NCBI GenBank assembly: GCA_002269645.1
Contig: NIVC01001401.1
Coordinates: 1-64,000, forward strand
Length of the DNA stretch: 64,000 bases
Direction: 5' to 3'
Source: Macrostomum lignano
Lineage: Eukaryota
The notes beneath the pieces were generated by a model. The model made no database searches, had not been told where the DNA came from, and was given only the letters and a program-made list of their open reading frames with translations. A program made the translations under genes and the position numbers. Shown here one piece after another: positions 1 through 11,417 of the stretch. Position 1 is the first letter of the stretch. Every line of letters begins with the position of its first letter.

Positions 1-965
1 AGAAGCCGCAACAGCAGCAGCAGCAGAGCAGCATCAGAAAATCAATCTGAACCTGCTACTAATAGCACTGCACAACCGTTTTCATTCAACCTGTTGGACA
101 ACTGGTCCGAATCTGATGATGCAGACGACGGCAACAGCGACGCGATGTTGTTCCTCAGTCCAGACAGGCGGCTGGCAGGCCGGGATTCGCCTGCTTTGTT
201 GACATGCCTCAACAGTTGGCCAGACTGGCCGCAGTGGCGCCGGATCGGCCGGCGGGACCAGCAGCGGGGCCAAGGTGAAGCTGTCACTTTGGAGCCTCTG
301 CGGCGGAGCAGCGGCGACTCGTCCGCCTCCTCGTTTGCTAGGACCAGCGCGCCTGTCGCTCAGGGGGAATCTTCTTCAACCAAATATTTTGTTGAGCAGA
401 AATCTGTCTCGTCTTATAGTGGCGCTCTCACATCATCTTTTACTATGAGTAGCCAGTTGCAGATGCCTGTTGATAAATTTAATTCCGCAGCTGTTGCGCC
501 TAGAGACGCCACCAACCAATCCGTCAAACAGCAGCAGCAGCAGTCGGTCTCAGCTCAGAGCCGTAAGCGCTCATCTGGCAAAGCTAAACTTCTGCAGCCT
601 CCTGCGGATAAACGCAATACGCTTCATCATTATTGGGCTCAAAACAGTCAGCAACAGCAGCAGAAACAGAAGCAGCATCGTCATGAGGAAGCAATTAAGA
701 AGCAACTCGGAGACGTGTCAATAAACATCCTAGACGGCTATTACAAGCGCGGCTGTATTGACGCGCCCAGCTTCAAGCTCGTGGCGTCGGCTGACTCACC
801 AGCTGATGGCCCAGTTCGCCGGCCCAGACAATCGTGACAGCCTCGCTTTTATTAGTAGAGTCGGCCAAAGTCCAGGCGAGCGCTGGGTTAACCGGCTGTT
901 TGCTGCTCACGGCGGCTACGTTGGGCGGTGAAAGCAATATCGATTGGAGTCAGATGGCTGGATGA
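1..965 (+). CDS. 3' terminal exon of a gene ending in an SRI (Set2-Rpb1-interacting)-like domain, RECQL5-like; apparently frameshifted
   Basis: Frame 1 is open from base 1 to TGA 837. DVSINILDGYYKRGCIDAPSFKLVA resembles the RECQL5 SRI start ([26 protein letters not shown], from memory). Shifted frames continue as RLTHQLM, AKVQA, ERWVNRLF and ESNIDW to TGA 963-965. The gene start lies outside the window. Confidence 0.45.
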
Positions 966-1284
966 CGTAATATTATTTGTTTTTTAGAGCAATTCTGATA
1001 GAACAATGAGCATGCGTATTCATGTCTCTGAGTCTCAAGCAGCTACACGGTGTGTACAGATAATTATCTATTGCAATTCATCGTTAGTCAATGTTGAATT
1101 ATATGCATTTAAAAGTAAGCTGACGTGTGGATTATACTTAATTTGATCTTTCAAGGTATCGATACTATTCTAAAATAAATCCTAGTTTAGAATTCATTTT
1201 CAGATATGCATAATACTATTTGCCTATGCTGTATCTCTAGTTACCGGTGCCATGAAACTAAATTGTGCCTAACCCTAACCACCT

Positions 1285-1625
1285 CCACTCCGCCACCCAC
1301 CTCACTCACCCACCACTTCTCACCCACCACCCTCACCCACCTCACTCCGCACCTCACCTCCTCAACCTCACTTCACCTCACCTCATCCGCACCCATCTCA
1401 CTCCTCACCCACCTCACTCCTCACCCACCTCACTCCTCACTCACCCTCACCCACCTCACTCCTCACCCACCTCACTCCGCACCCACCTCACTTCTCACCC
1501 ACCCCACTTCTCACCCACCTCACTCCTCACCCATCTCACTCCGCACCCACCTCACTCCGCACCCACCTCACTCCGCACTCACCTCACTCCGCACCCACCT
1601 CACTCCTCACCCACCTCACTCATCA
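1285..1625. repeat. C-rich minisatellite (CACCCACCTCACTCCT / CCGCACCCACCTCACT-like units)
   Basis: Visible tandem units; the His/Pro/Thr-rich ORFs here are artefacts of the repeat. Confidence 0.85.
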
Positions 1626-2354
1626 CGCATCATGCAGATGTTAAAGTTTTAGCCAAAAAAGGTTCTGCATTTCTCACAGTTAGACAAGTATTCTGATTAG
1701 TTTATGTCAAGCATGCTTGATAATTAATATTAATACTGTAAAATTATCGTTACTACATCCTTATAATTATTGTATGCCAAATCACGTATGTTTATTCCAT
1801 ATAGGAATCGAAAAAAACTTGTTCATTTAGTCCGTAATATCCAATAATTGAATTTTTTTATTTTAGCAAGCTTTATCTTTCGCATTAGTAATGTTTGCTA
1901 TCCATATGTTAATTTTAATCTATTAGAATGGCTAAATGTAGCTTAACACTATTGAATACACTACTTGCTACAAGTAGTACGTGTCCTGCTAGTGCCTGTG
2001 CTAAATTCCATCTGAGCTTCATCGATTAAAATGGCTATCTACTATAGCTAAGTTTATAATTGTTCGAGTTGTCCCTGGGGGCCTTTTCTGTTCAAGGAGT
2101 TCTGTGTACTTACTTAGTTTATCATATATCCTGGTTGCCTACCAAAGTGAAATTTGTACTTCCTGTTTGTTTGTAAGTCTGGCTTTTGACTTGATTTATT
2201 TTCTATGTTCATATTAATTCTGTAATATTGCAAATGTGGATCATTGTATAGTCTGTTGAATATTCCACAAGATATTATTCAGTTTGTTAGCAAAATACAA
2301 GGTTTTGTCTATTCTGAAACTTCACTTGTTATCAGTTAGCTAGTTAGCTATTTA

Positions 2355-2726
2355 GGGGGCCGTAGCCCAGCGGTAGCGCAGCTGCTCTGGTGTGCCAGCG
2401 ACCCAGGCTCGATTCCAAGTGCAGTCACATTAATTTGGGGCTGAATTGGAATCTCGGCTTGGCTCTGCTCGTGCAATTAACGGCCTTGAGGTTGAGAGCC
2501 AACCCCCCCAAGGCGCAGTGAAGTGTACATGCCTAACGATAATATAAAGTTAGGGCCGCTGTACACTCCTGTGTGAGTGTGTGCCTGCGTACGTATCCGC
2601 GCACTTGTATGCCTGCTCAGGGGAGTCGGCGGAATGGGCAGTAATGCCTCTCGCCGGTTGTGTGCCTATGTCGCTTAAAGTGCGCCAGGGTGCACACAAC
2701 CCCCCTGCCTCTAATAAAAAAATAAA
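2355..2726 (+). mobile_element. tRNA-derived SINE, about 370 bp
   Basis: A-box-like TAGCCCAGCGG and B-box-like GGCTCGATTCC near the 5' end, A-rich tail AATAAAAAAATAAA, and a 12-bp direct repeat TAGTTAGCTATT at 2341-2352 and 2727-2738. Confidence 0.7.
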
Positions 2727-3310
2727 TAGTTAGCTATTCAATGTGTTAGCTAATTAGCAATTCATTGAGTTAGCTAATTAGCAATTCAGTGAGTTAGCTA
2801 ATTAGCTATTCAGTGAGTTAGCTAGTTGGCTATTCAGTGAGTTAGCTAATTAGCTATTCAGTGAGTTAGCTAATTAGCTATTCAGTGATTTAGCTAGTTA
2901 GCTATTTAGTGAGTTAGCTAGTTAGCTATTCAGTGAGTTAGCTAATTAGCTATTCAGTGAGTTAGCTAGTTAGCTATTCAGTGATTTAGCTAGTTAGCTA
3001 TTTAGTGAGTTAATTAGCTATTCATTGAGTTAGCTAATTAACTATTCAGTGAGTTAGCTTGTTAGCTATTCAGTGAGTTAGCTTGTTAGCTATTTAGTGA
3101 GTTAGCTAGTTAGCTATTCAGTGATTTAGCTAGTTAGCTATTTAGTGAGTTAATTAGCTATTCATTGAGTTAGCTAATTAACTATTCAGTGAGTTAGCTT
3201 GTTAGCTATTCAGTGAGTTAGCTTGTTAGCTATTTAGTGAGTTAGCTAGTTAGCTATTCAGTGAGTTAGCTAATTAGCTATTCAGTGAGTTAGCTAGTTA
3301 GCTATTCATT
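2727..3310. repeat. 24-bp minisatellite AGTGAGTTAGCTAGTTAGCTATTC
   Basis: About 24 tandem units with minor variants. Confidence 0.9.
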
Positions 3311-3529
3311 CAGCTGGCTCGCTATCTAGTTACCAATTTCTTCAATAGTACTCGCAAGTGGTTACTTAGTAAAGTAGTATATAGACTAACAACTAATCAA
3401 GCTGACTCCCTCATAAACATCAGTGTGTAAACTTACCCATTGGTATTCATTTCCTATACTTTCAGCGCAGCTCTTGAGACCCGTTCCGCCAATTAAAAAA
3501 TCGATTAACTAATTGACTAATTGGAAACA

Positions 3530-6500
3530 ATGGTGCAGTACAATTTCAAACAGATCACGGTGGTGCCAACCGCCAAAGACTTTGTTGACATAGTGCTGTC
3601 AAAGACTCAGCGCAAGACTCCAACTGTGATCCATCGGCACTATCAGATCTCTCGAATCAGGCAGTTCTACACTCGCAAAGTGAAGTTTACTCAGCAGACA
3701 TTCTACGACAAGTTGACAGCCATTGTGACCGAGTTCCCCAGGCTGGAGGAGCTGCACCCGTTCTATGCCGATCTCATCAACGCCCTGTACGATCGGGACC
3801 ACTACAAACTGGCCCTGGGCCAGATTAACACGGCCAGGCACCTGGTTGCCCGAGTCGGCCAGGACTATTCCCGGCTGTTGAAGTATGGCGACTCGCTGTA
3901 CAGGTGCAAACAGTTGAAACGGGCCGCTCTGGGCCGCATGGCTACTATTATGCGTGGACAGTCTTCTACGCTGGCTTACCTGGAACAGGTGCGCTGGGGA
4001 TTCTTGCTTTTATTGTGTTCAGTGATAGTCCAATAGCCAGCTTGCCAGATCCTCAGTTGCTGGGTCAGCTTCCCAGATCTTCAGTTGCTGGGCCAGCCTC
4101 CCAGATCCTCAGTTGCTGGGCCAGCCTCCCAGATTCTCAGTTGCTGGGTCAGCTTCCCAGATCCTCAGTTGCTGGGCCAGCCTCCCAGATCCTCAGTTGC
4201 TGGGTCAGCTTCCCAGATCCTCAGTTGCTGGGCCAGCCTCCCAGATCCCCAGTTGCTGGGCCAGCTTCCCAAATCCTCAGTTGCTGGGCCAGCCTCCCAG
4301 ATCCTCAGTTGCTGTTCCAGCCTCCCAGATCCTCAGTTGCTGGGCCAGCCTCCCAGATCCTCAGTTGCTGGGCCAGCCTCCCAGATCCTCAGTTGCTGGG
4401 CCAGCCTCCCAGATCCTCAGTTGCTGGGCCAGCCTCCCAGATCCTCAGTTGCTGGGCCAGCCTCCCAGATCCTCAGTTGCTGGGCCAGCCTCCCAGATCC
4501 CCAGTTGCTGGGCCAGCCTCCCAGATCCTCAGTTGCTGGGCCACCGCTCTCCCAGATCCCCAGTTGCTGGGCCAGCTTCCCAGATCCTCAGTTGCTGGGC
4601 CAGCCTCCCAGATCCTCAGTTGCTGGGCCAGCCTCCCAGATCCTCAGTTGCTGGGCCAGCCTCCCAGATCCTCAGTTGCTGGGCCAGCCTCCCAGATCCT
4701 CAGTTGCTGGGCCAGCCTCCCAGATCCTCAGTTGCTGGGCCAGCCTCCCAGAGTGTCAATTGCTGGGCCAGCCTCCCAGATCCTCAGTTGCTGGGCCAGC
4801 CTCCCAGATCCTCAGTTGCTGGCCCAACCTCCCATATTCTCAGTTGCTGGGCCAACCTCCCATATTCTCAGTTAATGGGCCAGCCTCCCAGATCTTCCGC
4901 CTGGACCCATTGATCCTGCCATCTATATGTCGTTATTTCCCAGTAATTCCCACTAAAACTACCCTCGCTCAGGTGCGCCAACACCTGTCCCGATTGCCGT
5001 CAATCAACCCGACTGGCCGGTCGCTAATCCTGTGTGGCTTTCCCAACGTCGGCAAGTCCAGCTTTCTCAACAAGATGACGCGCGCGGATGTGGAAGTCCA
5101 ACCGTATCCGTTCACTACTCGAAGCCTGTACGTTGGCCACATGGATCACGAGTACCTGCGCTGGCAGGTGATTGACACTCCGGGCATTCTGGACCACCCG
5201 CTGGAGGATCGGAACAACATCGAGATGCTGGCCATCACGGCCCTGGCTCATCTCCGGGCCGCTGTACTGTTCTTTCTGGACCTTTCTGGCCAGTGCGGAT
5301 ACACCGTGCCTCAGCAGGTGCGCCAGTTGGTCTTTGATGTCTGAAGTGTTTATTTCAATGCCATTTTATAAGAAATTTTTGTGCATCTGAAAAAAGTGAG
5401 CAGCTTCCTGATCCCAACAATGAACTGTCTATTACACTCATCGATAAGCTGTCTATGACGCCAATCAATGAGCTAGTTATGACACCCATCAATGAGCTGT
5501 CTATGACACCCATCAATGATCTAGTTATGACACCCATCAATGATCTAGTTATGACACCCATCAATGATCTAGTTATGACACCCATCAATGAGCTAGTTAT
5601 GACACCCATCAATGATCTAGTTATGACACCCATCAATGATCTAGTTATGACACCCATCAATGAGCTAGTTATGACACCCATCAATGATCTAGTTATGACA
5701 CCCATCAATGAGCTAGTTATGACACCCATCAATGATCTAGTTATGACACCCATCAATGATCTAGTTATGACACCCATCAATGATCTAGTTATGACACCCA
5801 TCAATGAGCTGTCTATGACACCGATCAATGAGCTAGTTATGACACCGATCAATGAGCTAGTTATGACACCCATCAATGAGCTGTCTATGACACCGATCAA
5901 TGAGCTAGTTATGACACCGATCAATGAACTAGTTATGACACCGATCAATGAGCTAGTTATGACACCGATCAATGAGCTGATTATGACCCCAATCAATGAG
6001 CTGTCTATGACACCCATCAATGAGCTGCTTATGACACCCATCAATGAGACACTCCTTTTCGGCAGTCTTGAATGCTGAAGGAAACCAAATGATCAGGATA
6101 ATAAGATCAGCATTTGCCTTTTCTGTCAGGTGCACCTGTTCAACAGCATCCGGCCGCTGTTCGCCAACAAGCCCCTGGTTGTCTGCGCCAACAAAGCCGA
6201 CGTGCTGAAAATTGCCGAACTGGACGAAGAGAGCCGGGCTCTGCTTGACGGCCTACAGAGCGAGGGCGTCCCAGTGATGGAGATGTCCAACCTCACGGAG
6301 GAGGGGCTCATCCGGGTGAAGAATGAAGCTTGCGACCTGTTGCTTAAACAGCGGGTGGAGGCCAAGCTGGCTGGAAAGAAGATTGGCGAGGTTGCCAACA
6401 GGCGAGTTTCTGAGGAGACGGGGATTTAAGGACTGGGGGAGCGGAGAAGCAGATTCAAGGACACTGAGGGAAGGGAGAGGCAGATTCAAGGACACTGAGG

Positions 6501-9500
6501 GAAGGGAGAGGCAGATTCAAGGACACTGAGGGAAGGGAGAGGCAGATTCAAGGACACTGAGGGAAGGAAGAGGCAGATTCAAGGACACTGAGGGAGCGGA
6601 GAGGCAGATTCAAGGACACTGAGGGAGCGGAGAGGCAGATTCAAGGACACTGATGAAGCGGAGAGGCAGATTCAAGGACACTGATGAAGCGGAGAGGCAG
6701 ATTCAAGGATACTAGGGGTGTGGACAGCGTCAAGTAATATTGAGGTGCATAAACCCTTTCCCCATGCCGCCTGCCCAACAGGCTGTACGTGGCCCTGCCC
6801 AAGCCGCGCGACGACAAACCGCGCCCGCCGATGATCCCGGAGGCCGTGACTCGGAAGCGCCAGCTCGCCGCGCAGGGCATCGAGGTGGAAAAGAAGCCAA
6901 GGAAGCTGGAGCGTGAAATCGAGCTGGAGATGGGGCACGACTATGTGCTGGATCTGCAGAAGAACTGGCTGCTGGAAAAGGAGGAGTGGAAGCAGGACGC
7001 CATCCCGGAGATCTGGGAGGGTCACAACATCCAGGTGAGACGCTTTGACTTCTCCGGTGCTCGCATTTGAAAAACTAAAGCTCTCCTGTTATGAAGAATG
7101 CTAGGCTACCACTCTTCCGGATCTGCAGTTGCTGGGCCAGCCTCCCAGATCCCCAGTTGCTGGGCCAGCCTCCCAGATCCCCAGTTGCTGGGCCAGCCTC
7201 CCAGATCCTCAGTTGCTGGGCCAGCCTCCCAGATCCCCAGTTGCTGGGCCACCGCTCTCCCAGATCCCCAGTTGCTGGGCCAGCCTCCCAGATCCCCAGT
7301 TTGAACCCCTTCCTACAATGAACTAATCAAGCAACATTCAAACAACACTCGTAAATCTCCGCTCAGGACTTCATCGACCCGGACATTCTGGAACGACTGC
7401 GCCAGCTGGAGCGCGAGGAGGACGCCCGGGCCGGGGCCGGCTACTACGATATCGACCAGCCGGAGTCGGACGACGAGATGCAGGCCATCCGGCACACGGC
7501 CCGCCTCATCCGCGAGAAGAAGGCGCTGCGCAAGTTGGAGAGCCGAGAGCGCAAAGGCGTGAAAGGCGCCAAGATGCCGCGCACGGGCAAGAAGGTTAGC
7601 GGCTGGGGGAGATACTCTGGCTGTGATAGTTCCAGACACTCCGTTGCTAAATCGTCTGAGAATTGCCCTTCAATCCCCTCCTAAGAATCGCCCTTCACTC
7701 CCCTCCTAAGAATCGCCCTTCACTCCTCTCCTGAGAATCGCCCTTCACTCCCTCTCCTGAGAATCGCCCTTCACTCCCCCTCCTGAGAATCGCCCTTCAC
7801 TCCCCCTCCTGAGAATCGCCCTTCACTCCCCCTCCTGAGAATCGCCCTTCACTCCCCCTCCTGAGAATCGCCCTTCACTCCCTCTCCTGAGAATTGCCCT
7901 TGACTCCCCCTCCTGAGAATCGCCCTTCACTCCCCTCCTGAGAATCGCCCTTCACTCCCTCTCCTGAGAATCGCCCTTCACTCCTCTCCTGAGAATCGCC
8001 CTTCACTCCCCCTCCTGAGAATCGCCCTTCACTCCCCCTCCTGAGAATCGGCTTTCACTCCCCTCCTGAGAATCGCCCTTCACTCCCCTCCTGAGAATCG
8101 GCTTTCACTCCCCTCCTGAGAATCGCCCTTCACTCTCCCTCCTGAGAATCGCCCTTCACTCTCCCTCCTGAGAATCGCCCTTCACTCCTCTCCTGAGAAT
8201 CGCCCTTCACTCCCCCTCCTGAGAATCGCCCTTCACTCCCCCTCCTGAGAATCGGCTTTCACTCCCCTCCTGAGAATCGCCCTTCACTCCCCTCCTGAGA
8301 ATCGGCTTTCACTCCCCTCCTGAGAATCGCCCTTCACTCTCCCTCCTGAGAATCGCCCTTCACTCTCCCTCCTGAGAATCGCCCTTCACTCCTCTCCTGA
8401 GAATCGCCCTTCACTCCCCTCCTGAGAATCGCCCTTCGCTCCTCTCCTGAGAATCGCCCTTCACTCCCCCTCCTGAGAATCGCCCTTCGCTCCTCTCCTG
8501 AGAATCGCCCTTCACTCTCCCTCCTGAGAATCGCCCTTCGCTCCTCTCCTGAGAATCGCCCTTCACTCCCCTCCTGAGAATCGCCCTTCACTCTCCCTCC
8601 TGAGAATCGCCCTTCACTCTCCCTCCTGAGAATCGCCCTTGACTCCCCCTCCTGAGAATCGCCCTTCACTCTCCCTCCTGAGAATCCCCCTTCGCTCCTC
8701 TCCTGAGAATCGCCCTTCACTCCCCTCCTGAGAATCGCCCTTGACTCCCCTCCTGAGAATCGCCCTTCACTCTCCCTCCTGAGAATCGCCCTTCACTCCC
8801 CCTCCTGAGAATCGCCCTTCGCTCCTCTCCTGAGAATCGCCCTTCACTCCCCTCCTGAGAATCGCCCTTGACTCCCCCTCCTGAGAATCGCCCTTGACTC
8901 CCTCTCCTGAGAATCGCCCTTCACTCTCCCTCCTGAGAATCGCCCTTCACTCCCCCTCCTGAGAATCGCCCTTGACTCCCCCTCCTGAGAATCGCCCTTG
9001 ACTCCCCCTCCTGAGAATCGCCCTTGACTCCCACTCTTAAGAATCGCCCAAGAATCCTGAGTCTCTGTAAGCTGCTGTTACCGCCCTCATTTAAGACACT
9101 ACCTATTAATAAACCACCTTTAGCATATCGCAGCTACTAACAGTAGTATCTCCCCCATTGTTCAACGCAGATGAGCACGGACGACGTCGAGGAAGGCATG
9201 GAGGAGCTCGGCGTAGACGTGGACGCCGACGCCACTGCCCACATGTCGGCCGGACGGTCCCGCAGCCGCCTGCGCGACCGCTCCGCCCAGCGCCGTCGTG
9301 ACGCCGACGTTGCAGCCGACGAGGAGCGCCGTTCGCGGTCCCGCTCGCGGTCCAGGCCGCCCCGTTCGGAGAGCGGCGTTCGCGACGCGGCCATGGCCGG
9401 CAAGGCGCGCCTCATGGCCAAGCAGTCGCAGAGGAAGAACAACCAGCTGGCTAGGAAGGGCGAGGCTGACAGGCACGTGTTCATCGCCAAGCCCAAGCAC

Positions 9501-9545
9501 CTGTTCAGCGGCAAGCGCGGCATTGGCAAAACCGATCGCCGTTAA
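3530..9545 (+). CDS. GTPBP4: Nucleolar GTP-binding protein 1 (NOG1/GTPBP4), 6 coding exons
   Basis: Exons 3530-3988, 4973-5317, 6130-6401, 6782-7034, 7367-7594, 9171-9545; all phases are compatible. Motifs [59 protein letters not shown] and the C-terminal [17 protein letters not shown]. Intron 3 is GC-AG. Confidence 0.96.
4047..4893. repeat. 28-bp minisatellite CCAGATCCTCAGTTGCTGGGCCAGCCTC in NOG1 intron 1
   Basis: About 30 tandem units. Confidence 0.92.
5420..6047. repeat. 24-bp minisatellite ATGACACCCATCAATGAGCTAGTT in NOG1 intron 2
   Basis: About 25 tandem units. Confidence 0.92.
6432..6712. repeat. About 31-bp minisatellite GGCAGATTCAAGGACACTGAGGGAAGGGAGA in NOG1 intron 3
   Basis: About 9 tandem units. 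Confidence 0.9.
7120..7300. repeat. 28-bp minisatellite in NOG1 intron 4, same family as intron 1
   Basis: About 6 units of CCAGATCCYCAGTTGCTGGGCCAGCCTC. Confidence 0.9.
7655..9050. repeat. 25-26-bp minisatellite CTGAGAATCGCCCTTCACTCCCCCTC in NOG1 intron 5
   Basis: More than 50 tandem units. Confidence 0.92.
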
Positions 9546-9904
9546 CTTTGCGTTTATTAATCATCTATTTATTATACTACTTACTAGCGCTGAGATCTGT
9601 AAGTAGTATAAGTAAGTGTGGAAGTTTTAAAACTGAATAAAAGCAGAAGAAAATCGTTTTAAATGGCTGATAGTTGAGTCAGTCAGGCCTGATTGTCCCA
9701 ACTAATTTCTCTGCTTAGCGGCAATGTTTGTGACAGAAATCCGGTGCCTACTCTGCGCTTTCTTTGTTTCTCTTTTCTGTAGCCTGGAGCTGTGATCTCT
9801 TGCGCATATTTTGGCCTGAGGATATAGCGACTTCCATAAATTCAGGTAACTGACTGCTTAAAGTAAGTTTGTTTGGTTAAATGAAGCTAGTGTGCTTGGG
9901 CAGG

Positions 9905-10175
9905 CAGATGTGCAACCGACAGCTCAGCCGCAGCTATTGCGCGGCGCATCTGAAGGCTGCGTACGGCTGCCCAGTCCAAGGACTGGGGGGTCGCCACACA
10001 CAGCCTCAATTACCCCAGCTAATGCTGGCACCCATTTTACAGCTGGGTGAACTGAAGCAATGCAAGAGTTAAGTGTCTTGCTCAAGGACACAGATTGTTC
10101 CGAGTGGGATCGGGAATCGAACCCCCGACCTTTCAGTCGTGAGTCCGACGCTCAAACCACTGCTCGAATGCCGTC
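9905..10175 (-). mobile_element. tRNA-derived SINE with a CORE (MIR-like) central domain
   Basis: The minus strand reads CAGTGGTTTGAGCG...GGTTCGATTCC (tRNA-like head), then CCTTGAGCAAGACACTTAAC...CAGTT...CTGTAAAATGGG (10031-10089), which matches the MIR/CORE consensus pattern from memory. Confidence 0.65.
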
Positions 10176-10394
10176 ATGCCAGCAACAGATTCGATGAAAT
10201 TTGGTGGCTCGAAAATGTACTACTCTTATCATTCAGTAGTAAGGGTGTGTAGATAACTTTATATTTAGTTTTCAGGTTGAATAAAAAAGCTTTGATAAGT
10301 TGACGTGTTCGGTGCTTAAAGCTGAGTCAGAAAGAGAGAAAAAACATTTGAGAGAATGATGGCAATGCCTCGTGCTCAGAATCAGCTCAAGCGT

Positions 10395-11417
10395 CTAGCG
10401 CGGCGGAAAAGCTTCAAAAACCTGTCGCATCTGCAGCTCGGACATTTTCACTTTGGCAATGGCCACTGCGCTGACGACTCCCTCCAGATAGCGGCTGCTC
10501 GAGCCAGAGAATCTGCGGCCAAGCCCCATAAAGAAGCAATTGTACGGCCGCGTGATGTGATTTCGCGAAGTTCGAACCGTAGCAAGCATTTGTTGGCCTG
10601 CAAACAGGCTGCTAGTAGTATCGCTAGGCCCGGCAGCAATGCCAACATCAATCCAGGTGTTCTGGTCGCCGGGCATAACCGAAGAGTCCGAGTGAATAGA
10701 GAAATCGGTGCCCTCAGACGATGGCCCGGCTTTATTAAAAAACAGCATGTTGGCCTCGTCGAATTCCCACAGCTGGGGTCCCTGAGAACCGTCTGAGCAG
10801 GCCACGAATTCGATGAACGGCTGAATTTTTGGCACCCGCTTCAGCCGGATCAGCCAGGTGAAATTTGACAAACTATTATTCGATACAAAGTGCTCATTCC
10901 TCAGCAGACCGTAAGAAGTTGAGCCGTCAAAGCTGGCGCCTTCATCAGTCCAAAGCAGATTGGTGCTCTCAAATTGATAATTGCTGGGCTCGGGCTGGCA
11001 CACCAGATTGCTCAGCCTGTGCCGCCTACCGGCCAGCCACACGCCAATCAGTGGAGAGCCGATTGTCACAGAAGCCTCGCAGGTGGCCAGTGCTTGAAGC
11101 CGATAAGTTGAGCAGTCGCTTACCACAGCACTGCTAGCGGCTCGGCATATCTGCTGGTATTGGAATATCGAGCACACGCCGGTCTGCCCGTTCCACTGCA
11201 CCAGTGAATCTTCTGTTGAGTCTGGCTGGCGACTAGCTTTAAATAAGCAGCTCTGCAGGCTTGTCATCGAATGCCATTTAATCAGGGCCAGGCTCGCATT
11301 CAAGCACTGGATAGTTGGGTATTTGCACCAGCGACTGCTGGCACTGCAGGCGGCAGTTGATTCGGCCGAGAGCAGCAGCACCTGCAGTGCCAGAGTTGCC
11401 GTCAAACTCGTGCCCAT
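10395..11417 (-). CDS. Intronless 340-aa secreted protein: signal peptide, Cys-rich PAN/apple-like region, C-terminal LamG/ConA-like domain
   Basis: ATG-to-stop ORF with a hydrophobic N-terminus. The motifs ASFDGSTSY, NFTW, WIDVGI, LGRRF and YLEGVVSAVAI fit the Laminin_G_3 pattern. Domain calls are by eye. Confidence 0.7.
   Translation of the reverse strand: MGTSLTATLALQVLLLSAESTAACSASSRWCKYPTIQCLNASLALIKWHSMTSLQSCLFKASRQPDSTEDSLVQWNGQTGVCSIFQYQQICRAASSAVVSDCSTYRLQALATCEASVTIGSPLIGVWLAGRRHRLSNLVCQPEPSNYQFESTNLLWTDEGASFDGSTSYGLLRNEHFVSNNSLSNFTWLIRLKRVPKIQPFIEFVACSDGSQGPQLWEFDEANMLFFNKAGPSSEGTDFSIHSDSSVMPGDQNTWIDVGIAAGPSDTTSSLFAGQQMLATVRTSRNHITRPYNCFFMGLGRRFSGSSSRYLEGVVSAVAIAKVKMSELQMRQVFEAFPPR

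Noticed and set aside
2355-2430. tRNA-like sequences at 2355-2430 and 10110-10175
   Set aside because: A and B boxes are present but I could not fold a complete cloverleaf, and both continue into SINE bodies.
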